Source: Haliotis cracherodii | Taxonomy: Eukaryota | Direction of reading: 5' to 3' | Assembly (NCBI RefSeq): GCF_022045235.1 | Contig: NW_027266341.1 | Location: forward strand, 19,654,001 to 19,718,000 | Length of the DNA stretch: 64,000 bases | In this document: in pieces, positions 27,801-40,195 of the stretch | How the letters are laid out: each line of letters begins with the position of its first letter | Position numbering within the stretch: the stretch's first letter is position 1 | Program-made: the position numbers and the translations under genes | Notes under the pieces: generated by a model | The model's input: only the letters and a program-made list of their open reading frames with translations | Database searches by the model: none | What the model was told of the DNA's origin: nothing

Positions 27801-30800
27801 ATGGTGCACAGTTGCCTTTATTTGGTGTTTGTCAAAACTGTTCAAGCTTTTTCATTATTTAGCAATTTAAAAATGATGTGATGTCCAAAACAAAAAAGTG
27901 TGTTTCTGTTTTAATGACCAATGTTAATCTGCAGCCCCTTACCCTAAACCTTTTTTGGTTGGTTGTATTTCCCAGTTGGACCATTGCTTTTATCACCAGC
28001 CCAGTATTATCCAAACTGTAGGCCTCTGGCATAAATTTTCTATTATATATAGATATCATGATTGTGTTCATTTTAAAGCAGGATTTTACTGACAAAAAAA
28101 TGTTTTTTAAAGAAGAATTATTTTTTTAAAGAAGAATTTTTTTTAAAACAGATTAAATTACCAACCAACACTATTTATTCATGGACTGAAATGGGAAACA
28201 CATATCGATGCCAAAAGCAAATTAATTCTGTTTTAAAAGAACAAAAAATTAATTTTTTTTAAATAAGATTAAAATGACAAATTAACCCTATGTTTTGACT
28301 GCCTGAATAAGGAAACACATAGTGATGGCAGAGGCAGATTTACATATATCGTTTTGTTCTACTGAAACCTTCTGTCACATGGGTAGTGTCATGTTATAAC
28401 TATAAGCAGTAGTAACATCGTCATCTCGCCCTCTTTATTAAACAGAACAGCTGCTGTCAGTTATCTGCTCAAAGTATCTTAACAAACACCATCAACTGTG
28501 TCCATTGTTGGTAGCGAGAAAGGTTGTACTTCACTTTTAGCACTGTTGAGCAGCATCGCCCTCACTGGATCTACAGGGGATCTGAATATAAAATATACAT
28601 GTAACTTGTTTAGGGTTTTAGTAGCGTCCCTCTTTGTCAATTTGGTAAACGTCCATAGCACTTATTACAGCAAATACGGTACCTTGTTATTTGAAATGCC
28701 CGTATCATTTGGGGATATTTGGTAATTGATACTATCAGGTCAAGGGATGCCATGTGATTGAGGACATGGGTAACATCAGGGTAACATCACATACACCTGT
28801 TTATCCATGTTTGTTCAAGTTTTCAGTATTCAATAAAAGTGTTTGTAAATTTGTATGCTTTATAGGAGGTGTGGATTATGACAAATCTGATTGAATCTTG
28901 ACATTGAGAGAACCTGATACTTAACATACTGTCAAAACTCTAGTAATAAATAACTTCTAGGTTTTCACTGTACACAATCAGTGTTACATCCTGGAATTAT
29001 GTACTCAGTGAGTGTCTGGGTCCTGTATGTCATGTTTATTTATAAAAAGAGATAAGAATGACCTAATGTGGCAAATTGCTACGATGTTTTCTACAAACAA
29101 AACCTTGGGCAACTACCAGTAAATGTCACATTATCCTTCTGACAGCTTATCTTTTGTTCATGATTTAATTCATGAATTAATTAATGATTTGTTGCTTTCA
29201 TTGAATATTGAATAAATATTCTTTAAAATAAATATGATTATTTCCATGATATTTAATAGTATATGAATAAAAATATAGCCTTTGTTCAATTGTAAGGGCT
29301 TATGTAGAATAACCCAAAAAAATATGTTACTAAAACACCAAAAAATAATGATAAGAAATATTTGTATAAAAATATATGAATCTGAAATATTATTTGGCAA
29401 AAATAATGTTAAGTAATATTGTTAACAATGATATGAATCTGAAATATTATCAGACAAAAATAATGTTAAGTAATATTGTTAACAATGATATGAATCTGAA
29501 ATATTATCTGACAAAAATAATGTAAAGTAATATTGTTAACAATGATATGAATCTGAAATATTATCAGACAAAAATAATGTTAAGTAATATTGTTAACAAT
29601 GATATGAATCTGAAATATTATCAGACATCTCATGCAGGGATGTATTAAACCTAATACTCTCATTGACTTTTCTGCAGTGTCAGACAAGCAGTGGTTAGTA
29701 GTCGTAAAGAACAAACAGTAACTGATCCATATGGAGCCTATCTTTCACAATATCTTGCAATGATAACATATCCACAGTGGTATTCTTAAAACTGACGGGA
29801 TTTTCAGATAGACCCCTTGCTGAGATAAACAATGGGGTCATAATCGTAATGTGACATTGAAAAAGTACAGTCTGTGTAGCAAGGGACTGACACGACCTAG
29901 TGACACTGAAAAATAGCTCCCTAAGACCACCATTTACTACCGGGATGGTTAACTGTGCGGGGGTTGGTTTTGAATCATTATATTCCTATTAGAAGGGATC
30001 TTGTGAGAGGGACGGGATAACGTATTGTAGTCTTCAAATAGAGAATTACTTTAAGAAGATGAGTGAGTAGAATGCCAGGATGTTAACAGACCCATGCCAA
30101 GATTTGCACACAGGGAAATATTGCCTATAATGCCTGCCTGATATGACTAATAGTATATTGTGATATGAAAGCACTCAGTAACACTGAAATGTTGTGATAT
30201 GAAGCCGTATGATGTAAACCATGGGAAAATGTTAGGATGATAAACCATTGAAAATATCTTTCATGACTTGAATCATTTCATTGTCAACTTCGAGAAGACA
30301 GTAAGTGTCATTTGGCTTCTTACAGTATCGGAAATTAGGGTATAGCAACAAAACTGGTTAGAGTGAGTGAGCTGGGTTTAAGCTGCTTTGAACAGTAGCT
30401 CAGTTATGTCAGTGTGGGTGGGCTTAATGATGGAGCAAGGGACATTACTGAGGCTGAGATACGGGCAAACATGGGTGGGATACAACATGTAGTCGAGCAA
30501 TGGCAGCAATTTCAGCATGGCCAATTTTATATAAACAAACTGGTTTACCAGTACCATATTCGACATAATAAGCGCCCCGCTCTAATAAACGCCCACAGGA
30601 TTTGCTAGTATATATTTGCTAGTGAACAATCCCAATTAGCACCCCTTCTGATTGATCAATGTACACAAGACTTATTTATTCATGTATAATACGCACTCGT
30701 GTGTTATATGCTCCCAAAATTATGAGCAATTAAATTCTGGAAAAATATATCTGTCGTATATTAACATTTCAGGCTGTCAGCATAAACAACGAAATTTATC

Positions 30801-33800
30801 CTTTAACTCTGTTTTTTTTCACCAAAGTAATATTCTAATAAGAGCTCCCTATTTTTAATTTTGAGAGCGCCCTGGGCGCTTATTACGTCGAATATGGTAT
30901 CCTTGGTTTAATTACAACACATGTTAACTGGAGTTATGGGTATTTTGAAAATAAATTCATATGTGACAGTTTTTCCCACTGCTGTATTCGGTACAGTGTG
31001 TGCTTGATGTGTAAGGTTTAGTTGACAATACTGTGTAGGACTCCAGGTGTTGCCAGTCAGATGCTTGTTGAAGTCTTATTTGTTTTTAATATTGGAATAT
31101 TTTGTTTCAGATGGTTTAGTGTTTGGAATCCCGCTGTCAAAGTGTATCGCTCACGACAGAGAAGTTCATAAAAGACAAAGTAGTCGGCCATCGACATCGT
31201 TAAAGGTCCGCAGTGAAAGTGCTGATGTATTGTTGTCTCCTCATGGTCAGAGGTGAGCTGCCAGTAGTGCTGCATTGTGGGAGATTTGTATCTTTGGTCC
31301 TTGTGTTTGGGGGGATAGAGGGAGGGAGGGATGGATGGATGGATGGATTATTGGTCAGACTGACAGATGAATGAAACGTTATGACAAGGAAAATGAATGA
31401 ACGAACAAACGAACGAACGAACGAATGAATGTGATTTTAAATCATACCAGATAATATCAGATTATATTAATGGGAAGAGATGTTTTAACACATTCTTATG
31501 TATTAATGGTTTTATTTTCAGAAAATCAAGCAGCTCCTCCCAAAGCTCTCTGGACAATGTTCCCCACAACGGCAGCACAATATCCCACAATCCTTCTCAT
31601 GGGGTAAGCATGCTACTTCCTGTCACACATGGTGACAGCTGGACGTGTTGAACCTTTCAGGATATGAAGAAACGTATACATTGTTGTAAAACGAAAAAAA
31701 TCAAATTGAAAACAAAGTGAAATAAAAAGAATTCCTTAGCTGCTGGGCATCGGAAAAATTGAAAATATGAACTCAATAAATATTCAGTATATTTCTTTCC
31801 CACAAAACGGTTAAAAGAAATCAGTAATATCTATGGAATGTCCCAAGTGGGCAAACGGAAGTCTTGAAATATTTGTGATTATTAACCACTTATTAGGTTA
31901 TAGTGATGGTAGTTGATTACCCAGCTGCACTGCCTGAAGCAGTTTTATATCACTTGCAGTAAGATCTCATAAAGTGATTGCATATTATGTATGGCCATCA
32001 AGTAGGGTCACTGAAGCATGATCTACATGACAGATAGCACAGATTACTCAATCTTACACCTGTGAATTCTGTCTGTGGAATTCATAGAGATGAGTTATCT
32101 CCCTTGACCTAGACATATGGCCTCCATTTTGTGCCTGAAATATGTCAAGCACTTCCAGTGAATATTGACAGGACACCTGGGTACTTGGATTGATGTAATG
32201 GGGGGCAATGTCATAAAATTCCTTAGGTAATTGATTGCATTGGGCAATTATTGACTAATTAAGGTTACTTTGGATTTTTGTTCAGGAAGTGATTAAGGAA
32301 TAGATGTGCAGTTAAAAATTAGATATGCCATTAAAGAAACATACTGATATATTATTGGGTACTTTTACAAGCTAGTTTTTTACGTGTAAAGAAATACTAG
32401 TAAACACATAGATACAATTAAGTCATACAGACACTAAAACAAATATATCCAATATATCCCATGCAAGTCTATAATGTTTGGCAAGTCTAGATTTCTGCAG
32501 TATTAGGAAAATGAAGAGAGTCTCTGGGCTCCTCTTTATAATATTTTTAAGATAATGTAACAACTGTTTTTTATCTGTAAGATATGTTCATTTCAGAGGC
32601 TAGATGTTAGCCTCAATTAAGTCATGAACCTAGTTTTTATCTAATCTGATACTATAAGCAATAAATGGAGAAATTTGATGTAGCATCATAGCAACAATTA
32701 TCTTGCTAGAAGAGGTATTTGTATGTTCTGCCATGAAAGAGTGAAAATAATTGTATTTTTATTAATGTGTGAAATTTCTTTCTTTCAGAGACGAGGAAGT
32801 TCAGATTCATTGTCGGAATCGGAAAGTAGTCGAAACACCAGTTCTAGTCTCATCGATGCCCTCTCCCTGTCTCTCACACAGCCTGCCATGTTACAGTCAG
32901 AACTAAGGGGAGACAGCCAAAGCTGCTATGCCACAGGGGCGCCTCAAGTTCCTCAGATAGTCAATTCCTGTTTTAAACATATAGAAACCTATGGTGAGCA
33001 TCAGTCATCTTACAATGCAGTTTGAGCGTAGTTGGTTGCTGACGGTGTCACACATTGTTCTACAGACGAGTTTTTTCTCGGGTAATTAATCAGACTCGTA
33101 ACAGTGTAATGGCAGCTCTAGGGGTGGTACTCTACCAAATATGCTCATTTTCTCTTAATAATTTCCCCCGTCAATCCGTGGGGATTCTGTGATTCTTGGT
33201 AAGAGTGAGATCGCAGTAACTTATACTTGTCGTACAAGGCCGGCTAAGTTGGTGGGTGGTCAGACTCCTTGACCTGGTCATCCATGGCTCATAATATTTA
33301 TCGCCTGATTTTGGAAAACGGAAGGCGGGGCCACTTTGGCATCTGTAACTTGGAGACAATAAAGTTCTCAGAAACAGAGCTTGTATAGGCTTATGATTAT
33401 GCCACAAGTTGGTATCAAACACATTATATCCCTGTGTTATGGGAAGAAATATTCATAGTTTTCTCTCTAATCACATGAGTAACTGTAAGACATCTCATTC
33501 CCTTATAAATAAAAGACAACTGTTTCTTAAAAACAAGCCATCATCTGAGTATTTAGAATGTCTGTGTGATGCTACACCCAAGTTATAGCACGAGTAATCA
33601 TGATAAAGATGGCTGCCGAAAACGTATGATGTCTGACAACCTATGATCCGACAGTAGGTGGTGAGAGTAATGAATGACAAACAAATAGCATTCTTAAATT
33701 GAATGTTTGTGGGACATCTGTTTCAAATGCTGTACAAATACCAGTGAAATTACATCTAGTGATAGGCTAAAGCTTTTCCATGTTCCCTGTCAACTAATCA

Positions 33801-34764
33801 CATTGAATGTATGATGCGATCAGAATGAATAATGTCTTCTCTGATTTTTCAGGTTTGCAAGTGCTTGGTATTTTTCGTGTTGGTTCGTCCAAGAAACGAG
33901 TGAAACAGCTACAAGAAGAATTTGATACTGGGAAGAGCATTACACTAAATGAAAGTCACAACCCTCATGACGTTGGGGCGTTGTTGAAGGAATATTTTCG
34001 GGATCTGCCGGAGCCACTCCTCACTCGGGATCTGTACACGCCTTTCATTTCCACCAGAAGTAGGTCACATGATAGTCATAAAAGGGTATATCGTACTATG
34101 GGAGACATGATAAAAATAAATATTTTTATGTTTAATTTATTTCGTGGACCGGCTGCTTTTCAGTTGGGGTGACGGGCCGTGAAACGATAAATAGAAAATG
34201 TTTGACCTTATGCTATTAAACTTCAAGGAAAATGGTAATTCTGTAAAACATTTTAGGTGAGTGTTGCTGTAGAGAGTGGCTTATGAATCTCTGTTAAAAA
34301 ATCCATTTTTTTCTCCTTCCAGAATTAAAAGATGTAGAGAAGCGGTTGTCCGCATTGAGGTTGCTTGTGTCGTTACTGGCGCTGCCAAATCGTGACACAT
34401 TCTGGGCACTGCTGAAGTTCCTGGCGAAGGTTGTCGAACATTCCAAAGATACTATAGACGAACATGGAAACGAGGTATGTGCTATGAACAAGAATAACCA
34501 GATTACACTTCACATTCCCACGACATCGTCTCTGAGTAACCATCTGTAAATGGTCATGTGTTATTATCAAACATAACAAATGGTGTCAGATATGGTATTA
34601 GGTTTAGTTAAAGAGAGACCGTTACAGCACCGACAACATCATGTGTCTTGCTCGAATAGCTGGAAGTTTGCTGGTGCTGCGTTGAGCAATATTCAATCAC
34701 TTATCATGTGGTGAGTGGGCGAAGGGAGACAACTCTGTTTCCATGTGATGACATACAGGCGTAT

Positions 34765-34795
<31 letters not shown>

Positions 34796-36536
34796 TTACA
34801 AGTAAAGGTTTTTGTTCAAATGGGATAAGCACATATGAAATAATGACCAATCAAGTGATACCAATTCATTATTTTCACATTTTCCAGCTCTCTGGGAATA
34901 AAATGGACGCCCATAATCTGGCAACATTGTTCGGACCAAACATTCTCCACAAAGCCAAGTCATCCCCGGACAAAGAGTTCCGGGTGGAAACAACGGAACA
35001 TGCGGAGCAGAGCAAGGAGGTCATAGAGGTCGTCAAGGAGATGATCGATAACTATCGTCAGTTGTATGAGGTAAGCTGAACATTATGACAATTTCGAACA
35101 AGTAGGAACCCATTTTCTGTCTAGGTCTAGATGTTATGTTAAATCATCTTTGTGAACTGAGACAATTTTGTGTTTACGAAATTTTGGCTTCAAAGTTCAG
35201 GTCGGTAGATCGAAAGAAAGAAATGAAAATTTGTAATTTCAAATATATATTTTATTTCTTCAAAATGTTATTGTAGTCTTTTAATTCGTATAATAATAAT
35301 GATATTAATAATAATATTTGCATCCTGTATTTGTTTTTTTCTGTTTTCCAGATTCCACCTGATCTACATGACGATGTTATACGGATGCTAATGGAAACGA
35401 ACCCAGAGGTTGCAGATAAGATTCTCAAACAACTTGCAAATGATGTTGTGTAAGTAAAGTTGCAGGTCTCTCTTATTTGGAGAACGAGGATTTTATTATG
35501 TTAAAATATAGGGAGTTGTGAAATGGAATTGAACGTCGCTTTGGAACTTCTCGCACTTAGGAGCATACATGTGTGTGTGTGTGGGGGGGGTCTGTCTGTG
35601 TGGGTGTCTGTCTCTCTGTGTGTTTGGGTGTCTGTGTGTGTGTGAGGGTATGTCTCTGTGTGGGTGTCTGTCTGTGTGTGTGGGGGTGGGAAGGTGTCTG
35701 TGTGTGGGGGTGTCTGTGGGGGTGAGGGTATGTCTCTGTGGGGGTGTCTGTCTGTGTCTGTCTATTTATGACCGTAGGTATACCAATATATAAATATCTT
35801 TGATTTGTTTTCCAGGATTGAACCTGACCCGGACACGTCTTCGAGTGTGTTTGACGACAGTGATTCGCCCTCCATGCCCCACTCCCCCAGCAGTGACGCC
35901 GACCTCCTCTGCCACTCCCGAGGCTACATGGGTGTCCACCAGACACTCCGATCCTCCAAGAGTGCCGACCCTTGCACCCCACTTGCTCAGCGAAAGCCAG
36001 GGATTGTTATAGAGGAACGTCGGACTGCAAGTTCCAGTGATGATAGACCCAAAGTGCGTGTAAATATTGAAAAGACCGCTAGTCCACTAGTATCACGGAG
36101 TCAGCGAACATCTCGAACTCCGATGGTGAAGGTTTCGAGAGACAGTTCTAGTCCTGAGGTGTTGTTACGACCACATGTGGATGTACGTGGGGACCGGCCT
36201 TATTCCGAGGGATACTCTCACAGTTTGTCCATTCCAAAGCCGAGTTATCTCCGAGAGAACAGCAGCTCCAGTATCAGCAGCTATTTGTCCTCAACAAACA
36301 GTCCAGGGGGGTCGGACACCTCAATACAGTGGTCGAATCAGTCACCTCCATCTTCTAGAACAAGCTCACCTCGACCAATACGCAGGTCATCGTCACAGAG
36401 GCGACCCTTGAATCTCAACCAAGGTGACGACGCCCCCGTTGGGTCAGCAGAGTGGCAGCGGGAACGGTGGCGCCACTGGGAAATGATCGCAGCTGATAAG
36501 AAAGGGGAAGGTTATGAACAAGAAACGCTTGTATGA
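12652..36536 (+). CDS. ARHGAP6: Rho GTPase-activating protein of the ARHGAP6/ARHGAP36 family (spliced, 5'-partial); join(12652..12805,22228..22356,31111..31252,31522..31603,32789..32993,33853..34059,34323..34474,34888..35070,35352..35449,35816..36536)
   Basis: All introns are GT-AG with matching phases, totalling 2073 nt (690 aa plus stop). The translation has the ARHGAP6-type N-terminal block ([23 protein letters not shown]), VFGIPLS, the RhoGAP core ([35 protein letters not shown]...[19 protein letters not shown]...[17 protein letters not shown]) and a C-terminal WQRERW...ETLV, as I recall from vertebrate ARHGAP6. Confidence 0.9.
13176..13409 (-). mobile_element. SINE family B copy
   Basis: Reverse complement begins gacccgtgaagatccgggttagaat. 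Confidence 0.8.
15217..15379 (+). mobile_element. SINE family A copy
   Basis: Full consensus; TSD ttaacgcYgtcg at 15205-15216 and 15380-15391. Confidence 0.9.
16514..16769 (+). mobile_element. SINE family B, full-length copy
   Basis: Runs cacccgtgaagatccgggg...gcttgtcgtaagaggcgactaacgggatcggg...ggattgtctggtccagactcg...ggcgttaaacaacaaac. Confidence 0.88.
16895..16951 (+). mobile_element. SINE family A head fragment (diverged)
   Basis: tagtggtt...cgtcatacagaaggacccagttcgattc. Confidence 0.55.
17651..17898 (+). mobile_element. SINE family B copy
   Basis: Same 5' end and body as the 16514 copy, with an internal deletion. Confidence 0.82.
19555..19827 (-). mobile_element. SINE family C copy
   Basis: Full reverse-complement consensus. 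Confidence 0.88.
20793..21037 (-). mobile_element. SINE family A copy interrupted by a palindromic MITE
   Basis: Tail at about 20793-20843 and head at about 20940-21037, separated by the insert at 20844-20932. Confidence 0.75.
20844..20932. mobile_element. 89-bp palindromic mini-MITE related to 43763-44252
   Basis: Termini are atcttcccaaggca... and ...tgcctcgggaatat; the element is nearly fully self-complementary. Confidence 0.7.
22228..22356 (+). CDS. ARHGAP6: ARHGAP6-like coding exon
   Basis: Acceptor tttccag|, encodes basic [43 protein letters not shown], donor G|gttggt; phase 1 to 1. Confidence 0.8.
25625..25800 (-). mobile_element. SINE family B copy (deleted)
   Basis: Contains cagcaatattccagctata, tctggaccagacaatccagtg and ccgatcccgtt. 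Confidence 0.72.
26856..26978 (-). mobile_element. SINE family A copy (degraded)
   Basis: (gagt)n tail, atattccagcaatatc and gacaccag...cttcacaca. Confidence 0.55.
29340..29626. repeat. 57-bp AT-rich minisatellite, about 5 copies
   Basis: Unit aaaaataatgttaagtaatattgttaacaatgatatgaatctgaaatattatcagac. Confidence 0.95.
30554..30897. mobile_element. Tc1/mariner-type MITE
   Basis: TIR ccatattcgacRtaataagcgccc...gggcgcttattacgtcgaatatgg, flanked by TA. Confidence 0.85.
31111..31252 (+). CDS. ARHGAP6: ARHGAP6-like coding exon
   Basis: Acceptor tgtttcag|, encodes [21 protein letters not shown]..., donor AG|gtgagc. Confidence 0.9.
31522..31603 (+). CDS. ARHGAP6: ARHGAP6-like coding exon
   Basis: Acceptor ttttcag|, encodes Ser-rich [18 protein letters not shown]..., donor GGG|gtaagc; phase 2 to 0 fits its neighbours. 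Confidence 0.85.
32789..32993 (+). CDS. ARHGAP6: ARHGAP6-like coding exon (start of RhoGAP domain)
   Basis: Acceptor tctttcag|, encodes [13 protein letters not shown]...LIDALSLS...[16 protein letters not shown], donor G|gtgagc. Confidence 0.9.
33427..33655 (+). repeat. Unclassified dispersed repeat (direct homolog at about 61068-61290)
   Basis: Collinear shared blocks: tatccYtgtgttatggg, taatcaca, tcttaaaaaca, aatgtctgtgtgat, taatcRtgataa and ctatgatccgac. Confidence 0.65.
33853..34059 (+). CDS. ARHGAP6: ARHGAP6-like coding exon with catalytic arginine finger
   Basis: Encodes [19 protein letters not shown] (Arg finger codon CGT at 33876-33878) and [24 protein letters not shown]; donor A|gtaggt. 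Confidence 0.95.
34323..34474 (+). CDS. ARHGAP6: ARHGAP6-like coding exon
   Basis: Acceptor ccttccag|, encodes [37 protein letters not shown]..., donor GAG|gtatgt. Confidence 0.92.
34888..35070 (+). CDS. ARHGAP6: ARHGAP6-like coding exon
   Basis: Acceptor ttttccag|, encodes [22 protein letters not shown]...[10 protein letters not shown], donor |gtaagc. Confidence 0.95.
35352..35449 (+). CDS. ARHGAP6: ARHGAP6-like coding exon (not in ORF track)
   Basis: Acceptor ttttccag|, encodes [32 protein letters not shown] (compare vertebrate [25 protein letters not shown]), donor GT|gtaagt. Confidence 0.9.
35569..35762. repeat. GT-rich compound microsatellite
   Basis: (GT)n/GTCT/GGGT mosaic in the last ARHGAP6 intron. 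Confidence 0.9.
35816..36536 (+). CDS. ARHGAP6: ARHGAP6-like terminal coding exon (Ser/Pro-rich tail, C-terminal ETLV)
   Basis: Acceptor ttttccag| at phase 2, open to TGA at 36534-36536. Confidence 0.9.
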
Positions 36537-38692
36537 AAGCCGATGTGTTATGGGCAAAGAATGTGCAATTCCAAATATTTGAAAAATATGAGACTTCTGT
36601 GGTATATTATCATTGCTGTACAGATGTGCTGGATTTAATCCGTGAATATTTGGAAAAACAGGTATTCCATAAACTCCACTGCTCAGCGACCGGGAATGAT
36701 TTCAGAGTTGTGTTTCCATGGTGACAAAACAGGAATACAAACCAAATGCTCAACCACTGTGCGAAATTAGTTGACAATATACAGCTGGTTTGAATGTGCC
36801 ACTTGGACAGGAATCTAAATCATAATGTCTTTCATATTAACACTTGTTTTTGCAATTTAAACACTAAGGAAATCTATGCAAAAATAGAATATGATGATTG
36901 GATTGTAGTGTGTGTATATATATATATGAATATATATATATATGTATGTATGCAAACACGCTGAGCCAGCGATATGTTTTGTAAATAATCCAAAAACTGC
37001 CCCCACTGTCATGAAAGTGCAATCGTTAATTGTATATTAACAATCTATGTTCTTGTACGTGAGTCAAGAGAAGGAAAGGTTAGAAAAACTGTTGACTCAG
37101 AATTTGCTGTTTTAAATTTTTTACCTTTGACTTTTGATAACATTGAGATTTTTTAACATTTTTATAAAAGCAATAATTCATTATGAAAATTTGTTTTCAT
37201 CTGTGCAACAGTACAATTACCATTTTCATTTCACATTCATATAAAAAACATGTCACCATGGGTCACCCATTATTGGTCGTTTGTATTCATAAAAGTGGGC
37301 AATTTTATAGCAACATCTGAAACAACTGGACTGTATGCAAATTTCTGTTATTTGTTTTATATTAACAGAGGTTCGGAATAGATGTATACATTTTTCAAGT
37401 TTGTTAAAATGCTGATTGTTTAATGTTCCTGTGCTTCAAAGACTACTTAGATACTTCAGATATGAGGGTATTTTAAGTGATGCTTTGCAGAAGGAAAAGA
37501 GCTGTTGTAGATATATCATAGAGATATTTATGATGTACAAAATAATCAACTCATATGTGCCAAAGTGATGGAGAGAAGATAGTTGTACATAGAAATGGTT
37601 GTTGCCATAGTTACCAAAAAGATATTAATAAATATGACACACCAGTGATACGTGGCAGTCTGTACAGTGGAAATCACAGGGATTTTTTTTGTACCAGCTG
37701 TATCTGTCTTGTACCACCTCCTTACTACACAACACAATCATTGACACATCTAACTTCAAATATAAATATATTGCATATGTTATGACAAATACGCAATATC
37801 TAACCTGCTGAAAACATTTTCGTTCAACCGAAGAAAATAGTAATTAATTTAATTTTGTATTGGCCACAGTGGTGGATTTATGACTTTTAAAATGGTTGAT
37901 TATATATTGATGGAATTTGTTTCATATTTGTTCTAATATTTCTCATAAGTATTTTTACATCATCTTAGTATTGATGTGAACATCAGTAAATTAACTGAGG
38001 TTAGAGTTTGTTGGTATGATATCATGCTGGATATTAACATATCAGAGCAAAGTAATCAAAGTCAGACTGCAATCAAAATGTGACACAATGCTAATCAAAG
38101 ATTTATGTCTAGAAATAGCAATTTACATTTCAAAATATCTACCGGTACTTCAGCTTCAGTTTTGTAGTTATATGTCAGTGCTATTTCATCATTTGTAAAA
38201 TAAAATGTTTTTTTGGTTTTTTTTCAAAAATAATATGTTCAGTTTCCATGGCAACCATATAAATGAATGCCCTTTATGTTACCCAACTTTACTCAGGAAA
38301 TGCCTTTCTAGTCGGACTACCAATGTTAGCCTATACAGATCATCACACTGAAATATTGATATACTATTTCCCTATCAACTGCATGTAACCAAGTGATGAA
38401 CTTTTTGGTTTTCCGATTGCAGCAAAATGACTGCATTGTTTTAATACAGATCCCTGTCCCACTCCTTAAACTCAAAGAAGTAAAGTACCTATTTTTCTCT
38501 TAAGAATCTGAAAGTTAAGGTAAATTAAGACACTTATTCTTGAGGTAATGATTTTGAGGACAATTTTTTTGGACTTTTTATGTCTGTTTATATTTTAAAA
38601 TATCTTTTGTTTTTGTTAGAATATACTGAATGAAATAAATAAGGGAGCACATGTAGAAGGAAACGTTTGAAAGATCATAATTGATTTGATAT

Positions 38693-38730
<38 letters not shown>

Positions 38731-39345
38731 TTTTTTATTCATTTTTTTCAGTAATTGAGGCATTTATGCTGAAGACAGAAGAATCTCTTCGGTTGAATTG
38801 CTGTTCCCTTACTTTATTCCTTCAGTATATAAACATTGGCCAGAAGAATAAATCAAAATTATACAGTATTACAAGAGCCAGTATATCATGTCAAAACAAG
38901 TCATTACTAATATGGAAATTCAGCTTTTTGGTGTGAATATATTATTTTCACATTAATAAAAATTGACAGAAATTAATTCTACGCACGATATTTAGATGTT
39001 ATATTAGTGACATGTTTTGTTTATGTTGGTTTCCGTGTTGACTTCATCCAAATACCAGTGCTACCAAGAATCTCCTAACAGTCTATACGTAACACGTTTG
39101 ATGTTGACCGTGTCTTGTTTACCATTACATAATAGTCGTATCCCATTATGTCATAATGCCTGTTTCCATGGTAACAGTGTCAATCCACTTGTAAACAATG
39201 TCCTGTTAAACTACATAGGAAGTCTTGAACATGAGGATTATCTAGCATAACAATCTTAGCTCAATTTTTGGTATGGCTTCGCCCATACACATATATTGTT
39301 TATGCTATAAAAGGGCAAAAATATATAATTTTAAAAATAAAACTT
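36537..39345 (+). other. Probable long 3'UTR of the ARHGAP6-like gene
   Basis: AT-rich, SINE-free 2.8 kb after the stop codon, with several AATAAA (about 38199, 38634, 38846, 38955, 39336). The exact end is unknown. Confidence 0.4.
38697..38727. repeat. (TA)n microsatellite
   Basis: Directly visible; another lies at about 36915-36950. Confidence 0.9.
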
Positions 39346-39348
39346 TGA

Positions 39349-39783
39349 ACCTAATATGATGTGTTCTGTTCTCCTTACACCTTTTTTAGGGATATCGGTG
39401 TACCAGAACCTAATGTGATGTGTACTGCTTACCTTACAACTTTCTAAGGGCTATGGGTGTACCAGAACCTAATGTGATATGTACTGCTTACCTTACAACT
39501 TTCTAAGGGCTATGGGTGTACCAGTACCTAATGTGATGTGTACTGCTTACCTTACAACTTTCTAAGGGCTATGGGTGTACCAGTACCTAATGTGATGTGT
39601 ACTTCTTACCTTACAACTTTCTAAGGGCTATGGGTGTACCAGAACCTAATGTGATGTGTACTGCTTACCTTACAACTTTCTAAGGGCTATGGGTGTACCA
39701 GTACCTAATGTGATGTGTACTGCTTACCTTACAACTTTCTAAGGGCTATGGGTGTACCAGTACCTAATGTGATATGTACTTAC
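39349..39783. repeat. 59-bp minisatellite, about 7 copies
   Basis: Unit acctaatgtgatgtgtactgcttaccttacaactttctaagggctatgggtgtaccagW. Confidence 0.97.
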
Positions 39784-40195
39784 GTAATAGTTGAAATGAA
39801 ATAGAAATTCAAATTGACAAACAAAACATTTAGCTTGAGAAAGAGCATTCGGCAACACAACAGTCATCACTTGTTTGCAAACATAAAGGTCAGTTAGTTG
39901 CATGTTCAACTCCATGCATGGTCGAGGCTCCCAAGCACAGTGGAGAGCTATGACTGGTGGCAGTGATTGTACAGAGAGATCCACAGATCGGCTATCGCTG
40001 TGAGGAGCTTGATGCACACACGCCTAGGGGAGACAACTCCCTAAAGTCACAAATCTTTTCCTAAATCTGGAGCTGCCAACGGTCAACTGACTGTTATGTT
40101 TACAAAGACGCCATATATAAACTGATGGACATAAATAAGGTTACAATGAAAAACACAGCCATAAAATAAGCATTACTGTGAGTACATTTGAAATA

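Noticed and set aside
29340-29626. CRISPR-like array (also 39349-39783 and 49003-49244)
   Set aside because: These are head-to-tail tandem units with no unique spacers, no cas genes, and a eukaryotic context.
35557-35982. His/Thr/Pro-rich and Cys/Val-rich ORFs
   Set aside because: They are translations of the GT-rich microsatellite and the antisense of the terminal exon.
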